DNA from: Octopus sinensis
Taxonomy: Eukaryota
Direction of reading: 5' to 3'
Length of the DNA: 64,000 bases
Assembly: GCF_006345805.1 (NCBI RefSeq)
Contig: NC_042999.1
Coordinates: forward strand, 59,086,001 to 59,150,000
The number at the start of each line of letters is the position of its first letter. Within the stretch, counting starts at the first letter, position 1. The notes beneath the pieces are model-generated. The model did no database searches and was not told where the DNA came from. It saw only the letters and a program-made list of their open reading frames with translations. Made by a program: the position numbers and the translations under genes. Positions 11,174-23,786 of this stretch are shown one piece after another.

Positions 11174-11458
11174 GCGTGTATGTATGTATGTATGTACTGA
11201 GAGGCCAAAGGGCAGTAGTAACGTAAGCGCTTATATTAGCCTGCTGTTCTCTCTGTTACAAGTGAACGCGTCATCAGTTTTCATTGCAAATCTGATATCA
11301 TGAGTTCTAACAATTGATTATTTATACTACTACGGAAAAGAGGAATTCAAATATATACATACATAGACACACGGAAGCACATGCGCATACATACGCATAC
11401 ACACACAAACGCATGCATGTGTACGTGTGAGTATATATATATATATATATATATATAT

Positions 11459-11800
11459 CAGGTGCGATTGTCGCCACATTATATTTTTTATTTCGCGCTT
11501 GCGCATTGTTTGTTTTTGATTTTGTCAACTACACAGTATAGTAGGGTCCGTTGGTTACCGTCTGTGATTAAAACATCACATTGGCGCAATTCATTCTGCC
11601 AGAAATTTGGAAACGATATGCTGTACCGCTTGGCTCTCACACCGGAAGCTCCAATACAAGCAGATGATGTACATACAGAAAAACTGTTGGCTTGCTGTGT
11701 CCCCAAAACCTACTGAGAGTGATAAAAATGAAGCATCCAGTCAACATCATGTTGTTTCGAGTGATCACTAGTGACGGCGACATTATGCCTCGGCAAAATT
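11459..11800 (+). mobile_element. Tc1/mariner-superfamily remnant (possibly maT/DD37D-like)
   Basis: Begins directly after a (TA)n tract. ~11725-11790 translates KMKHPVNIMLFRVITSDGDIMP, which resembles the segment after the first Asp of Tc1/maT transposases. Confidence 0.55.
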
Positions 11801-12494
11801 TGAGCTTAGTGACATTTTGTCCAGCGTTCATCGCTAACAACAACTTTTATTAAAAAGGAAAACTGCTTTCGCCTATTTCTCAGAAATAGGGACAACAGCT
11901 AAAGCAATGAGATGAGAAACAACCGCAAGAACTCCCCACATCACTACTATCCTCTATCACTGCTATGTGGAAGTTCCAAGTTGAAAAACGGTTTCTTTTC
12001 TCTGTATAACTTGACCTGACAGAACGTTACATAATAGTACTTACATTCTTCTGTCAGATAAATGTATAATCTAAATCTTCCATGTTCTGGATCCAAGTGC
12101 ATCACCCTGGTTCAGATTCCCAACTGGTGAGTGAAACTACACCAGGGCTGGTATTGACGCTGTGCCATTAAACGGGCTGAGGAATGAGTAACGACCAACG
12201 GACAGGGTATAGACATCTCAAAATAACCCACGACAGTATGATGGTCACTGAAGGAACGCCTCCCCCCCCACTATAATTCATGGACCTCGGCTCGTAGTCA
12301 ACAGATATAGTCCCACTTATAGTATTTTTCGTAAATGCAAGCGGTTGTGCTTCATGTTAGGAATCTTGTTCCCGGGAAAACTTGTAAGCTGAAATTACTG
12401 TGCAAAGTGTTGCAGAAAGTCGTCGACAATAGTGCATGTAGGGGTATTTTCACTGCCTCAAGCGTTACACAGGGCGAGCACCTCAGGCTATGTC

Positions 12495-12730
12495 TAAGTA
12501 AGAATCAAGTTTTTGTAATCTCTTGCATAAAATCCGTTCCTACTGTGTGTGTGTGTGTGGCTTCTAGGATCTCGGGCATCCTCCATCCAATTGCGCTCAA
12601 ATTTGATATGTAGACACCGACGGTATCAGGGCATGAATAGGTGTTAAAAAAATTACAAAAATCGATTCCAGGTGAGAATGCGATCGATAAAGCCATGGGA
12701 AATCGTTTTTTTTTTGGCATAGAAAAAGAG
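12495..12730 (+). mobile_element. Possible Helentron-associated (HINE/DINE-like) remnant
   Basis: TTTTT start, short (TG)n, then GATCTCGG...CCAATTGCGCTCAAATTTGATATG, an arrangement reminiscent of DINE-1-like elements. Resemblance only. Confidence 0.3.
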
Positions 12731-14371
12731 TCTATCTTTATTTCTTCTTTTGCTGGTGTTTCAAATTTAGGTTAAATCAGTGTTTCTCAAAGAGGAGGCC
12801 TATGGGACGGTCGGACGTGTTGTTTTGAGAAAATTTTGTTTAAATGTTTGACAACTCAGTACCGTCCATTGAACGGGGGGCGTTTTGCTCATATTGATAT
12901 AAAAGGAATCAGTTTCAACTACTATTTAATAATTTATTATCCTGTATCTAATAACTAATATGACTTTAGGGTTTTTTTTATAGTTGAGACGGTTTCGTAA
13001 AATCACGACTTCACTGACTTTTAGGCTAATGCTTCCTATGTCTCCAACTTCGTCAAAAACCTATGGGCACGACACCTTTTCAGATATTTTGAAAATAAAA
13101 ACAAAACAAATTAGAGAGGAAGAACATGAATCTAAAATTAAGCCATAAAATACTTTCAGTTTTTTTTCTTTTTTTACTTTGTTCAGAATTCCATAATAAA
13201 ATAAATTGAAAGTCTCATGTTTATGTTTCTTTTATGTATTTCACGTAAACACCATAAAATTTATCTCTTCATAAAACTGTGGCTAGTAAAATTATCGTAT
13301 ATACAATTAGGTTAGCTGCAAAATCTAATACTAACATACTCTCAAATCAATTTATTTATTACTGTTTTATTAATGAATTTTTGCATAGAAAACTTCTATG
13401 GTATAGAAAATAATTAAATTACAACATAAATAATTGTTCAATGGCGACCAAATTTTTTTAATAATATTTGAAATACAAATAAACTTTATTTTAAGTGACT
13501 AACTCTAACGTAGATTTAATTTTGTCCTGTTACTGTAAATATATTTCTGTACATATATTTCTTATGAAACAGAATTCTATCTGATCGTAAACATCTAGTC
13601 ACAAGTCTCAGTCAATAAGTGTTCCATTGTTTAAAACAAAGACAGAATATTCTCACTTTGATGACTTCCATATTTACAATTAGTTAGAGTTAAACTGCTA
13701 AACAAATTTACAATAGCAGTTCTTGATCGATCGCTTAGTACTTTATTTATATTAGTAGCTGAACTGTGACAGCGTTATTTGAAATTTTACAAGGGCCATA
13801 TATATTTTGTTTTGCAGTAACTTTGTATACCATACTAAATTTATTTATAACCAGTTTCGTATTAAATAGTAAAGTTTTATACGGTAATACTGATAAAATT
13901 GTTATCTTTCTATTGCAACTAGCATAAAATATCAAAACGGAAACTTAAAAATAACATAAAAGTTAATTTTTATTATCAATAAGGTAACTACTAAACTTTC
14001 CCACATAAAAGCATTTTGAAACGTTAAACTAAGCCCGCACTTTTCCTTTTTAGAACTCATCGGTTAGACACTTAGGAAATGGGATGCTTAAAATAAGCCT
14101 TGCCTTACTAGAAGACGTTATCAGAAGCCGGATTACTGGCTCCGGATCAGAAAGTTAAAATGTTTTTAAGTTGCTCAATTATTGTTGAAATATTAGCCTG
14201 ATAAGTTTTGTAGCTGCTTTCGCCGATAGTATTAGTGATGTTGTGAAGACGTTATCTGTTGCACCAAATATCTTACATCGAGGTATAAAATTTTCCTCAT
14301 TCTCATTGTGAAGGAATTGTGCAAGGAAAAAATTAAAGCAACAGAGAGAGAAAGAGGGAGAGAGGGAGAGA

Positions 14372-14417
<46 letters not shown>

Positions 14418-15180
14418 CAGAGAGAAGGACAGAGAAAGTTTGATTAGCAACCAGAAGACACTACACAGTCAAGAAACTACCAGCCTTCAACTGTCTGAGA
14501 CGGTGGTTTGCTCCACACACAGAGATCTGCTGAACCTCATCCAAGCAACTACCGTTCAGCTATTTTCTATTGTTATGATTAAATCACCCACACCCACGTT
14601 TAATCTTTTGGTCCAAGAATGGACCTGCTGGTTTCGATCTTTATTCTTTAGTACTTCTTGGTGTCGTTGCATCTCTCAGTTAGGCACATGCAACATACAC
14701 GATCTGTCGCCCCTCATACTGTGTCATGCCAGAGGATTCAAGCTCATCCCTAAACTTGTTCTTTTGATTCCATAACGTGGGTTTTTATTAGAATATAATC
14801 CTAACATGATTTTTCCTTTGGCTGCCATCTTGCAATGCTTTTAATGGTAGGTTAACGGTGTCATTCTTACCGGAATTAGAAAGCTACAAGCTTCATATAA
14901 TAAATTCTGGCCACGGCAATATGTTACATATATATTATATCATACCTTGATATTGTGTGGACTAAGATCCCTGTTGACAGGCTGCTGGTATATATAGAGT
15001 GTATGCAAATTAGAAATTCCTTCATAGAGTAATTGGTGCATTTGTTGAGTGTATAAACAATTTGGCTGCTTGCATCTCTGGAAATTGTCAGATGAGAAGA
15101 CAACAAGGTTCGAAAGTCGATTAAGGTTGGTTTTTCAGTTTACAGAGAAATGTCTAAAGTTCGCCCTGTTTATAACTATA

Positions 15181-15242
<62 letters not shown>

Positions 15243-15246
<4 letters not shown>

Positions 15247-15377
15247 GCTGTACTCTTTCGCCACAACTTTCTCTCACTCTTTCTTCTGTTGGTCTGCTCG
15301 CTTAGCCAGCGGGGTGGTGTCGTTTGAAGGCTAAAACAATGCGAAGCGCATTGTGACCAGTGATGTGTAGCAACATG
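15243..15377 (+). mobile_element. SINE family C (tail type 1) fragment
   Basis: Matches the reverse complement of ~2395-2525 (GCTCGCTTAGCCAGCGGGGTG...GCATTGTGACCAG). Confidence 0.85.
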
Positions 15378-15400
15378 TGTGTGTGTGTGTGTATTTTCTA

Positions 15401-15442
<42 letters not shown>

Positions 15443-15458
15443 ACAAAACAAACAGATG

Positions 15459-15519
<61 letters not shown>

Positions 15520-15545
15520 TATATACATATATATACATAATTATT

Positions 15546-15577
<32 letters not shown>

Positions 15578-16315
15578 ATAATTATATATATATATGTATA
15601 TGTGTGTGTGTGCATGTCTCTGTGTATCTGTATGTGTTGTGCATTAGTGTGTGTAAATACATTGCTTCTGGGCAAGTACGTGAACGTCGAATATGGTTGC
15701 CTTAAAACTTACTGAGCGACTCACGTGATTCCCAGGGAAACATTCGTACAAACATTCATTCGCAGAAAGTGTAGATACACAATTTCCTCGTGTTATTTAT
15801 TACATTATTCGAGCGAAATCTTTGAGTTAATTCTCTATAGAAATACGTTTGGTACTTCACTGTGTTATTTGATATGCATTGCGTAATGCTTTCATTATTC
15901 GGATATATTCTAAGCATCTTATTTCTACAAGAAATTCGAATAAATGTAATTATTTACTGAGATCTCTGATTCAACGGGTTTAGAGATAAATGTTATGTTA
16001 TCTCCTCGTGTTTCACTGTCCACTCACAGATTACGAATCTTTCAACTTGTGAGAATTCATCAATACTTGTGATAGAATTGCTTATTTAATCATTGTTGAA
16101 AACTTTTCAATAATGGAAATGCAAACAGGGAAATTATAATCCTCGAAAAGGAATAAATAATAAATAAAAAGAAGAGGGAAAAAATAGCAGAAAGGAAAAT
16201 AAAAGAATAATATGATAAGCATATGGAATAGAGGCATCACAATTGTCGATTATATAGCATAAGTGTTGCCGCTCAAACACATATGAGTTTTATTGAAAAA
16301 CGGAGCAGATGTCGC

Positions 16316-16319
<4 letters not shown>

Positions 16320-16357
<38 letters not shown>

Positions 16358-16372
16358 ATAATAATAATAATA

Positions 16373-16404
<32 letters not shown>
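16320..16404. repeat. Compound (ACT)n(AAT)n microsatellite
   Basis: Directly visible; abuts the 5' end of the Dong-type LINE. Confidence 0.95.
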
Positions 16405-16407
<3 letters not shown>

Positions 16408-16408
<1 letters not shown>

Positions 16409-16600
16409 TGCTAAATAGAACTGGATGCGGGTATAAAAATATGCTAAATAGAACTGGATGCGGATATAAAAATATGCTAACTAGAACTGGTTGGGGATAC
16501 AAAAATACGCTAAATAGAACTGGATGCGGATACAAAAATACGCTAAATAGAACTGGATGCGGATACAAAAATATGCTAAATAGAACTGGATGCGGATATA
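16408..16600 (+). repeat. 33-bp minisatellite (5 full units plus the native LINE copy) at the LINE 5' junction
   Basis: Unit ATGCTAAATAGAACTGGATGCGGATATAAAAAT starts at 16408, 16441, 16474, 16507, 16540 and 16573. Confidence 0.95.
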
Positions 16601-17322
16601 TATGTTACGGCAAAACGATCAGTCACCTTTTATATTTGGATGACCTAAAACTATACGCTGCAAATGACAAACAGCTGGAAACACTACTAAAGACAGTTTA
16701 TGGATTTACCAAAGAAATAGATATGAAATTTAGATTTAAAAAATGCGCCAAAGTAACCATGAAAAGAGGAAAACTAGTTAAGAGTATCAACATCACACTA
16801 GATAAAGCCAATGAAATAAGAGAATTAGACCAAGCCAAACTTACAAATATTTAGGAATCCATGAACTAGATAAGACACACAAATGAAAGAGGAAATAAAG
16901 AAAGAATACTATAGACGAGTTAGATCAATACTAAAAACAGAGCTCAATGCTAAAAACAAGATAATAGGTATTAACACTTTAGCCGTCTCAGTTATACGTT
17001 ACAGCTACAATATCTTTAACTGGACACTAAATGAACTAACCAAAATAGACAGGAAAACAAAAAAAATAATGACAGGATCTAGGATGCATCACCCAAAATC
17101 TGACATAGAAAGGCTATATATACAACGTATAGAAGGTGGTAGAAGGCTTATGCAGCTGAAAACTATTATAAAATAACCACCATATGACTGCAAAAATATC
17201 TACTTCAGAAGCAAGGAAAACTGATACAAATAGCGGCAAAACACGAGCAATACAAAAAACTGTTCTCAATATTTAAGGAAACTGACAAATACAAACAAGA
17301 AATCATACCACCTAACAAATAT

Positions 17323-17409
17323 GAAGAAGAAGGAGAAGAAGAAGAAGAAGAAGAAGAAGAAGAAGAAGAAGAAGAAGAAGAAGAAGAAGAAGGAGAAGAA
17401 GAAGAAGAA
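17323..17409 (+). repeat. (GAA)n expansion of ~29 triplets inside the LINE coding sequence
   Basis: Copy 2 has only EEEDDDEE at the equivalent position (~34312-34332). Confidence 0.95.
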
Positions 17410-17949
17410 ACAACAAAAGCTATAAAACAAATGAAATCCAAACTAAAACTAGAACAGCAACGGACCATGATAAATCGATGGCAAGAAAAGCCCCTTCATG
17501 GCAAATACTGGACTAAACTGAATGCAAAGCAAATAGAAAAAGAAAAATCCCAGCAATTGTTGAGAAGCTCAGGACTCAAAGCAGAGACAGAGGGATTTTT
17601 AATTGCAGCACAAGACCAAAGCCTTCACACCAGAAATTACCAAAAACATATAATGAAAAGAAATATAACAAGTAACTGCAGAATATGTGGAGATGGACAA
17701 GAAACAATAAATCATATTATCTCTGGCTGCCCAGTCCTGGATAAGCTAAGAAGGAATATATTCACAGACACGAGAGAGTTGGGACCTACATACACTAGAA
17801 GCTATGCCAACATTATGGAATAACAACAGAAAAAAGATGCTATAGTCACACACCAGAAAAGGTCACAGAAAACGAGAAAGCAACCATAATCTGGGATATG
17901 CCAATACACACAGATAGAGAAATTAAGGCCAACAGGTCAGATATAGTTT

Positions 17950-19400
17950 ACTAATTCAGGACTGGCGCCTTGTTAAAGAGACGAGCAACAGTAGAGAGAG
18001 CGCGGCAAAGGTTAATCCACTTACTCACTGTCAAGAAAACATTGGAGATGTCGCAGCCTCATAGCATATCTGCGCACCATTATCCACGGCATGCCCAATC
18101 CTTTATTCAGTGGATGGTGACAAAAAATAGATCACGTGATCAGCAAATAGAACATCCGACACAAACGCCTTCGTAGAGAGCGGAAGAGCAGAGTTCCATT
18201 CTAGTTAGCTGTGCGACATTCGCCACTTTCGTCTCACATTTTAGGGCTAATTTAATTTTGGCATATTTCTGGGTGAAACTAGCCACGGAGCTCGTCACCT
18301 TTTCTCATTGTAGATATGTACAAAAATAAACCACAAGCAATTTAATTGCTCCGTCTGCAGCTCCTCGCATAGCACTGCTTGACGGGACTGAAATTCATCT
18401 CCAACTGCCGGGCAGCAAACTCAACTAAATCTGGATAATTCTCATTTCAATCACTGCCATGTATCCCCTTAGAGAGGTGCGAATAATCTCAGTGTGTTTG
18501 GTGTATAATACTGTAACGTTGATAACGTCTGTGTATGCAAATATGGATCTTACGCATTTAGTTCGCGCGGGATACCCCTCGAAGCCTCTAAATATATCGT
18601 CAGTTAGTACGTACAGAAGGGAAGAGAAGAGACATTCTTGCCGCATCGCAGGAATGCAGTGACGGCTTCCACCAGATCGCCATTTACTCAGGCTACCAAT
18701 AAAATGCCAATGTACATTGCAGCGATCTTGCTTATAAAGTCGGTTTGAAAACCAACCCCTTGAAGACAGCCGCCAAGTATTGATCATCGACCTTATCGAA
18801 AGCTTTTGATTGATCTAAATGAACCAGAGCTCCACCCATGCCAAGCTCTTAGAATGCACTTTCTATGCTGTACCGTGTGAGGTGGAGTTCGTCATGACCA
18901 GAACTATTCGAGGGGGAACATGCCAGTGCATCAGTGAGAAGACCATCAATAACAAGAGTCACCCCCTTGGCTATGATTTGGCTCAAAGGTGAACACTACA
19001 TTTGGCGTGGTTATTAGTTTAAAATAATCAAAATAATTCCTCACCTCTAATTCGAATCCTTTCTCATCGGTACCACTATACCACGGCTCAACAGGATTGG
19101 GTATGTTCTTATGAGTCTACAAGTTGCAGTCGACATGTGGCTAGAAGTCACCGAACAAGTTTAGATATAATATGAAAGTAAAGCTGGGAGCGCAGATCAT
19201 CTAACCATGGTGGCTTCTCTTTTATTTGACCAGTCAACGTTGTATGCCATCAGCTGTCATCGGCATTTTTCAGAATTTTGCATCCCCAGTCGAGAGCCGC
19301 GGCAAGCTGCCGAGGTTTGGAATAGGAAATTCTATTAATATCCCCCGACGTGCCTACAACAAAGTGCCACTGAAAAGTCACTACAACTTGAAGCAAGTAC
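17950..19400 (-). pseudogene. Old, degraded Tx1/L1 ORF2 fragment
   Basis: Minus strand gives SRGIVVPMRKD (~19070), VHLDQSKAFDKVDDQYLAAVF (~18800), RQECLFSSLLYVL, FAYTDV and GLGMPWIMVRRYAMRLRHL (~18070), collinear with ORF2 at 5059-8457. Upstream boundary is uncertain. Confidence 0.85.
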
Positions 19401-20392
19401 TACGTCTGTAAAAGACCGTCTATCAGATAGTTTCTCACGTTCCGTGTTCAACCTCACTGAGATCAAATTTTACATTCACTTTTTCTGTGTTGTTAAAAAA
19501 ATATTTGTCAGATACTAGGGTAAATTTATTTAACTCTTTTCTTTCTCAGCATATTTCTGGTTTTGTGCCTTATATTTGAATCAGTTATTTGTTTCTGCAT
19601 CTCTAAATAACTTGCTAATAAGTAATGTATTTTAGGATGCATTTAATAAACACGTATACATCACAAAGCCACAGGGGCACTCGATGAATAATAGAGTTTC
19701 GAATTGTGCAAGAAATTTGGGTCATTGGTTCAAATTAATAAGCCAAATTAATTTTTAAAAAAGCAATTTTACGTTGAAAAACTTCCATATATTCACCGGA
19801 AACAAGACTGCGACCATTTCAATAGATATATGTTAATTACATGGAGAAATATTTGATATTCAACAAAATTTTCGATTAAAATTTGCAGATGATATATAAT
19901 ATTATGAAATGAGTTTAATATAAATGTCCCAAAAGAATAGACTAATCGAAGAAATATGAATATAATTTTGATATTTGTTTAGTAATTCTTCAATTTAAAT
20001 TCATATATTGTTTGGGTTTTCATTTTTACTATTTAGAAATATAAAGTTTTCCATCATTAAATGTTTAAACTTTTGAAATGAAAATGAATTTAATGTGCAG
20101 CAAATTAACCTGCCACGCAATAAATGTTTGCTAAGCAATTTATGAATTAAAAATATTGAAAAGAATCAATATTTTATGTTCTAATTAAGTAGAACCAAAA
20201 CTTCCTTACGTAGCATAAAAACATTTCTGCTTAATCCGCTTAGAGAAGACGTATTGTACATTCTTATGTATTATAGACAGCAGTCATAACTATGTGGTTG
20301 CGGAAATCGTTGAGTAATTACATGTTTCCAGGTTCGATCCCACTGCTTAAGTTTTCTACATGGGTCCTTTACAAGATCTTGGAAACCATATA

Positions 20393-20606
20393 TACGAAGG
20401 GGTGCTGAAAAGTTCTTACATTTAGGCAAAAGAAGATTCAGGAGGATAAGTTAATTATGACTTTATTTAACATGATTTTATTCGCACGCTTCTTACAGCG
20501 GTACTTCAGTTTTTCTAAACCCTGTAAAAGAACTCGGAAGTTTGGGCTTCCAACTAGGTCTTTTGCGATACCTTTAAAGCCAGGAATTTTTCATCACACT
20601 CTCGTA
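20393..20606. mobile_element. Mariner-type MITE (~214 bp)
   Basis: Imperfect TIRs TACGAAGGGGTGCTGAAAAGTTCT / AGGAATTTTTCATCACACTCTCGTA with TA flanks. Confidence 0.75.
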
Positions 20607-21039
20607 TAGACTGAATCAAATTTTGTGGGCTGTCTCTGTGTTAATGTCCGACGAAGAGAAAGTTCCTGTTGATAAAAGGTAAAAGGCAAATGTTATGAAA
20701 TTCATTACTATTGGTGAAGAATTCGCGCGAGTTCTTTAATCTAATAACAAACGTTCTGCTTGCCTCACAGCTCTCGACATGAGCCATGAAAGCTTATTTC
20801 TCTGAATAAGCTACCCAGAGCAAAATGCTTGATTATAAATTCCTACATAAAACGCATTCTTTGATTTAATATTCATTGAACTGTTCAAGCGCGTGAGCAT
20901 GGCTTGACCATCTACAAATGGCATATATCATATTCTACTAGGGAAAATTAACCGATGAAACAGCGTTGTGAGTATTAACCTGATCAGTAGATTAGATTAC
21001 CGAGTGATGGAGACTGAATTTTAGGAAGTATCCCGCCAT

Positions 21040-21076
<37 letters not shown>

Positions 21077-21129
21077 GTGTGTGTGTCGTCTATACATATA
21101 TATGTATGTGTATATTGTATACGTATATG

Positions 21130-21209
<80 letters not shown>

Positions 21210-21490
21210 GTATAATATGTATGGATGTATATGTATGTATGTATGTAATGTATACATATATATATACATATATTTATATATATATATATATTATATATAT
21301 ATATGTATACATATATATTAACAATTGAGGATAAAATCTTTAAAAGAAATTATCAGTAGTCAGCGTGAAAAACCTCGTAAGAAAAAAATCCGTAAATTCT
21401 TCCTCTTTGAAAATATTCATTTATATTATATTGAGGGTACTACTATTCGTAGATACCAACACGCTATATATATATATATATATATATATA

Positions 21491-21705
21491 AGGGGTGCTA
21501 AAAAGGTCCTAGCTTTGGGAAAAAGAGAATGCAGGAGGATCAGTAATTTATGATTTTATTCAAAATGTTCCCCTCTAAGACTGACAAATTTCTTGCAGCA
21601 ATCCTTCAATTTTCCTAAGTCTTTTAAAAGAAATCGGAACGTTGCGCATTCAACCAGGTCATTGCGACATCCTTAAATCAATACCCTCTAGCGACCCCTC
21701 GTGTA
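21491..21705. mobile_element. Mariner-type MITE related to 20393-20606, inserted in (TA)n
   Basis: Collinear and diverged; ends AGGGGTGCTAAAAAGG...GCGACCCCTCGTGTA. Confidence 0.7.
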
Positions 21706-21757
21706 TAATATATATATGCATGTATGTATATATGTATATATATATACATACATATAT

Positions 21758-21833
<76 letters not shown>

Positions 21834-22153
21834 ATATATATGTATATATATACACACATATATGTCTGTATGAGCTAGAGGTTAAGAAACCATCTAAGCG
21901 ATATTAAATATCCAATATACTACTGGATGTTATACCTACGTATTTAGGCCAAAGTGCTTACTATTGTATGGCAATATCGCGACTGAATACTAGGATTTAT
22001 AAGGAAAATAAGGAAATGGAGAGGATAATCAATCGACAAGCATCAGCCAGTAACCATTCAATCATATCTATTATTAGCTGATTACAACCATATGGGTAAG
22101 TGATTCGGGTAAACGAATGAAAGAATGAAATAAGCCAATAAATACGTAAACAA

Positions 22154-22208
<55 letters not shown>

Positions 22209-22216
<8 letters not shown>

Positions 22217-22459
22217 AATATGTTACATTACTCGATAGTCAAGATAAAACTCTGAGTTTCAGATGCCGAAGTGGAAATCCACAACACCATCTCTTCGGTT
22301 ATCTGGCTATAGATGGTGTTGTGGATTTCCACTTCCGCATCTGAAACTCAGAGTTTTATCTTGACTATCGAGTAATGTAACATATAATTGTATAGATAAA
22401 TTTACTCTATTTACATAATATCGAGGTCTCTTTCTTTCTTTTGTTATCTTACCGTTTTA

Positions 22460-22463
<4 letters not shown>
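22209..22463. mobile_element. Asymmetric palindromic element in (TA)n, probably a Penelope-like inverted terminal structure
   Basis: ~84-bp near-perfect inverted arms (22209-22292 / 22311-22394) around an 18-nt loop. The right side extends ~70 bp further. (TA)n on both flanks. Confidence 0.75.
22242..22304 (-). ncRNA. Variant type I hammerhead ribozyme candidate
   Basis: Stem I AGATAA/TTATCT, core CCGAAGA (U4 to C), stem II GATG/CATC with one extra nt, GAAA, quasi-palindromic stem III AAACTC-A-GAGTTT, triplet GTT. Confidence 0.5.
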
Positions 22464-22513
<50 letters not shown>

Positions 22514-22566
22514 AATGAATAATAGAAGTGTGTACAAATACTAAACTCTTACATCTATTTCTACCA

Positions 22567-23071
22567 TACGAGGAGGTACTCAAAAGATCCCGGAATTTTG
22601 CAGTATTACTCTATTCATTTAGTTTTACATGCTTACACTTCTATCGCCTTCAAAGCAATGCATCGGTCCAGATACATTTTCCACTGTTCGAAGCAGTGTC
22701 GGAATTCTTGCGAAGTGAGGCTCTTTAACGCCTCCGTTTTTTTTTTCTTCACAACTCCCACAACTGCAAATACCGTAGTGCTAAATTTCGCCACGAGTGA
22801 TGATCTTCGAAAAAAGTTTCGGATCAACTTCCAGTTGTTCTTTTAGTTCACGACATGCATTCAGTCGTGACTACTTTTGTTCTTCCAAGAGCAAGTGAGA
22901 CACAAATTTTGCTGCATCTCTTTTCATTCACAATTCCTCAGAACACACTTTCTGGAGCCTCAGAACACACTTTCTGAGTGTCGTACCAAGAGGCTTCTAG
23001 CGGCGGAAGCGTAAACTGCAACGAGCACGTCCCATAGATAACGTTTCCATTTACTTTTGGGTACCCTCGTA
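22567..23071 (-). mobile_element. Internally deleted mariner element
   Basis: TIRs TACGAGGAGGTACTCAAAAG / CTTTTGGGTACCCTCGTA. Minus strand encodes the mariner-like C-terminus EFRHCFEQWKMYLDRCIA. Confidence 0.8.
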
Positions 23072-23127
23072 TATATATATATATATATATAATATGTCTG
23101 TGTGTGTGTGTGGTGTATGTATATATA

Positions 23128-23194
<67 letters not shown>

Positions 23195-23717
23195 TATATA
23201 TATATATATATGTATATATATAAAAAAACATAGCATATTATATTTTATATTATATTATATATGTATAACTGTGAGTTTGTGTAGCTTCTGCAAGGCATCC
23301 GCTCGTCTTCTAGGTAACCGGATATGCGTGCTACATGCGCGCAGATGAATATTTGAGCGTTTCAATATTTTCTACATTTTATTTTTCATAGTCACATACA
23401 ATGAAACATTATATTCGCTCATTCGATTTTTTCATTAGACGGATAGATGTCTATAGGCAAGGAAACTTCACAATCATATATCACACTTAGGCTGTCATAA
23501 TAAAATCGATTATAGACACTTCCCAATTTATTATACAATATATTCTGCTAGTATATCTTACGAGGGAAGGAATGAATTCCAGTCACTAGATTTTGATGAT
23601 AAAAGAGACTTCAGCTAAATTTATCGCCATTATTAAAGTCAGTATTTAGATATTAATAGCTTTCTTCCATACTCAATATATACACTTAATTTTAGGATAT
23701 ATATATATATATATATA

Positions 23718-23786
<69 letters not shown>

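Larger units (their letters stand above)
16408..17948 (+). mobile_element. R4/Dong-type LINE, copy 1 (truncated at both ends, frameshifted)
   Basis: RT motif HLLYLDDLKLY, then CRICGDGQETINHIISGCP, ending at ANRSDIV. High identity to the copy at 33374-35684. Confidence 0.92.

Noticed and set aside
12779-12830. CAGTGTTTCTCAAA as a hAT/Charlie terminus
   Set aside because: No matching inverted end or 8-bp TSD was found.
16408-16600. 33-bp repeats as a CRISPR array
   Set aside because: There are no spacers, the unit is LINE RT sequence, and the context is eukaryotic.
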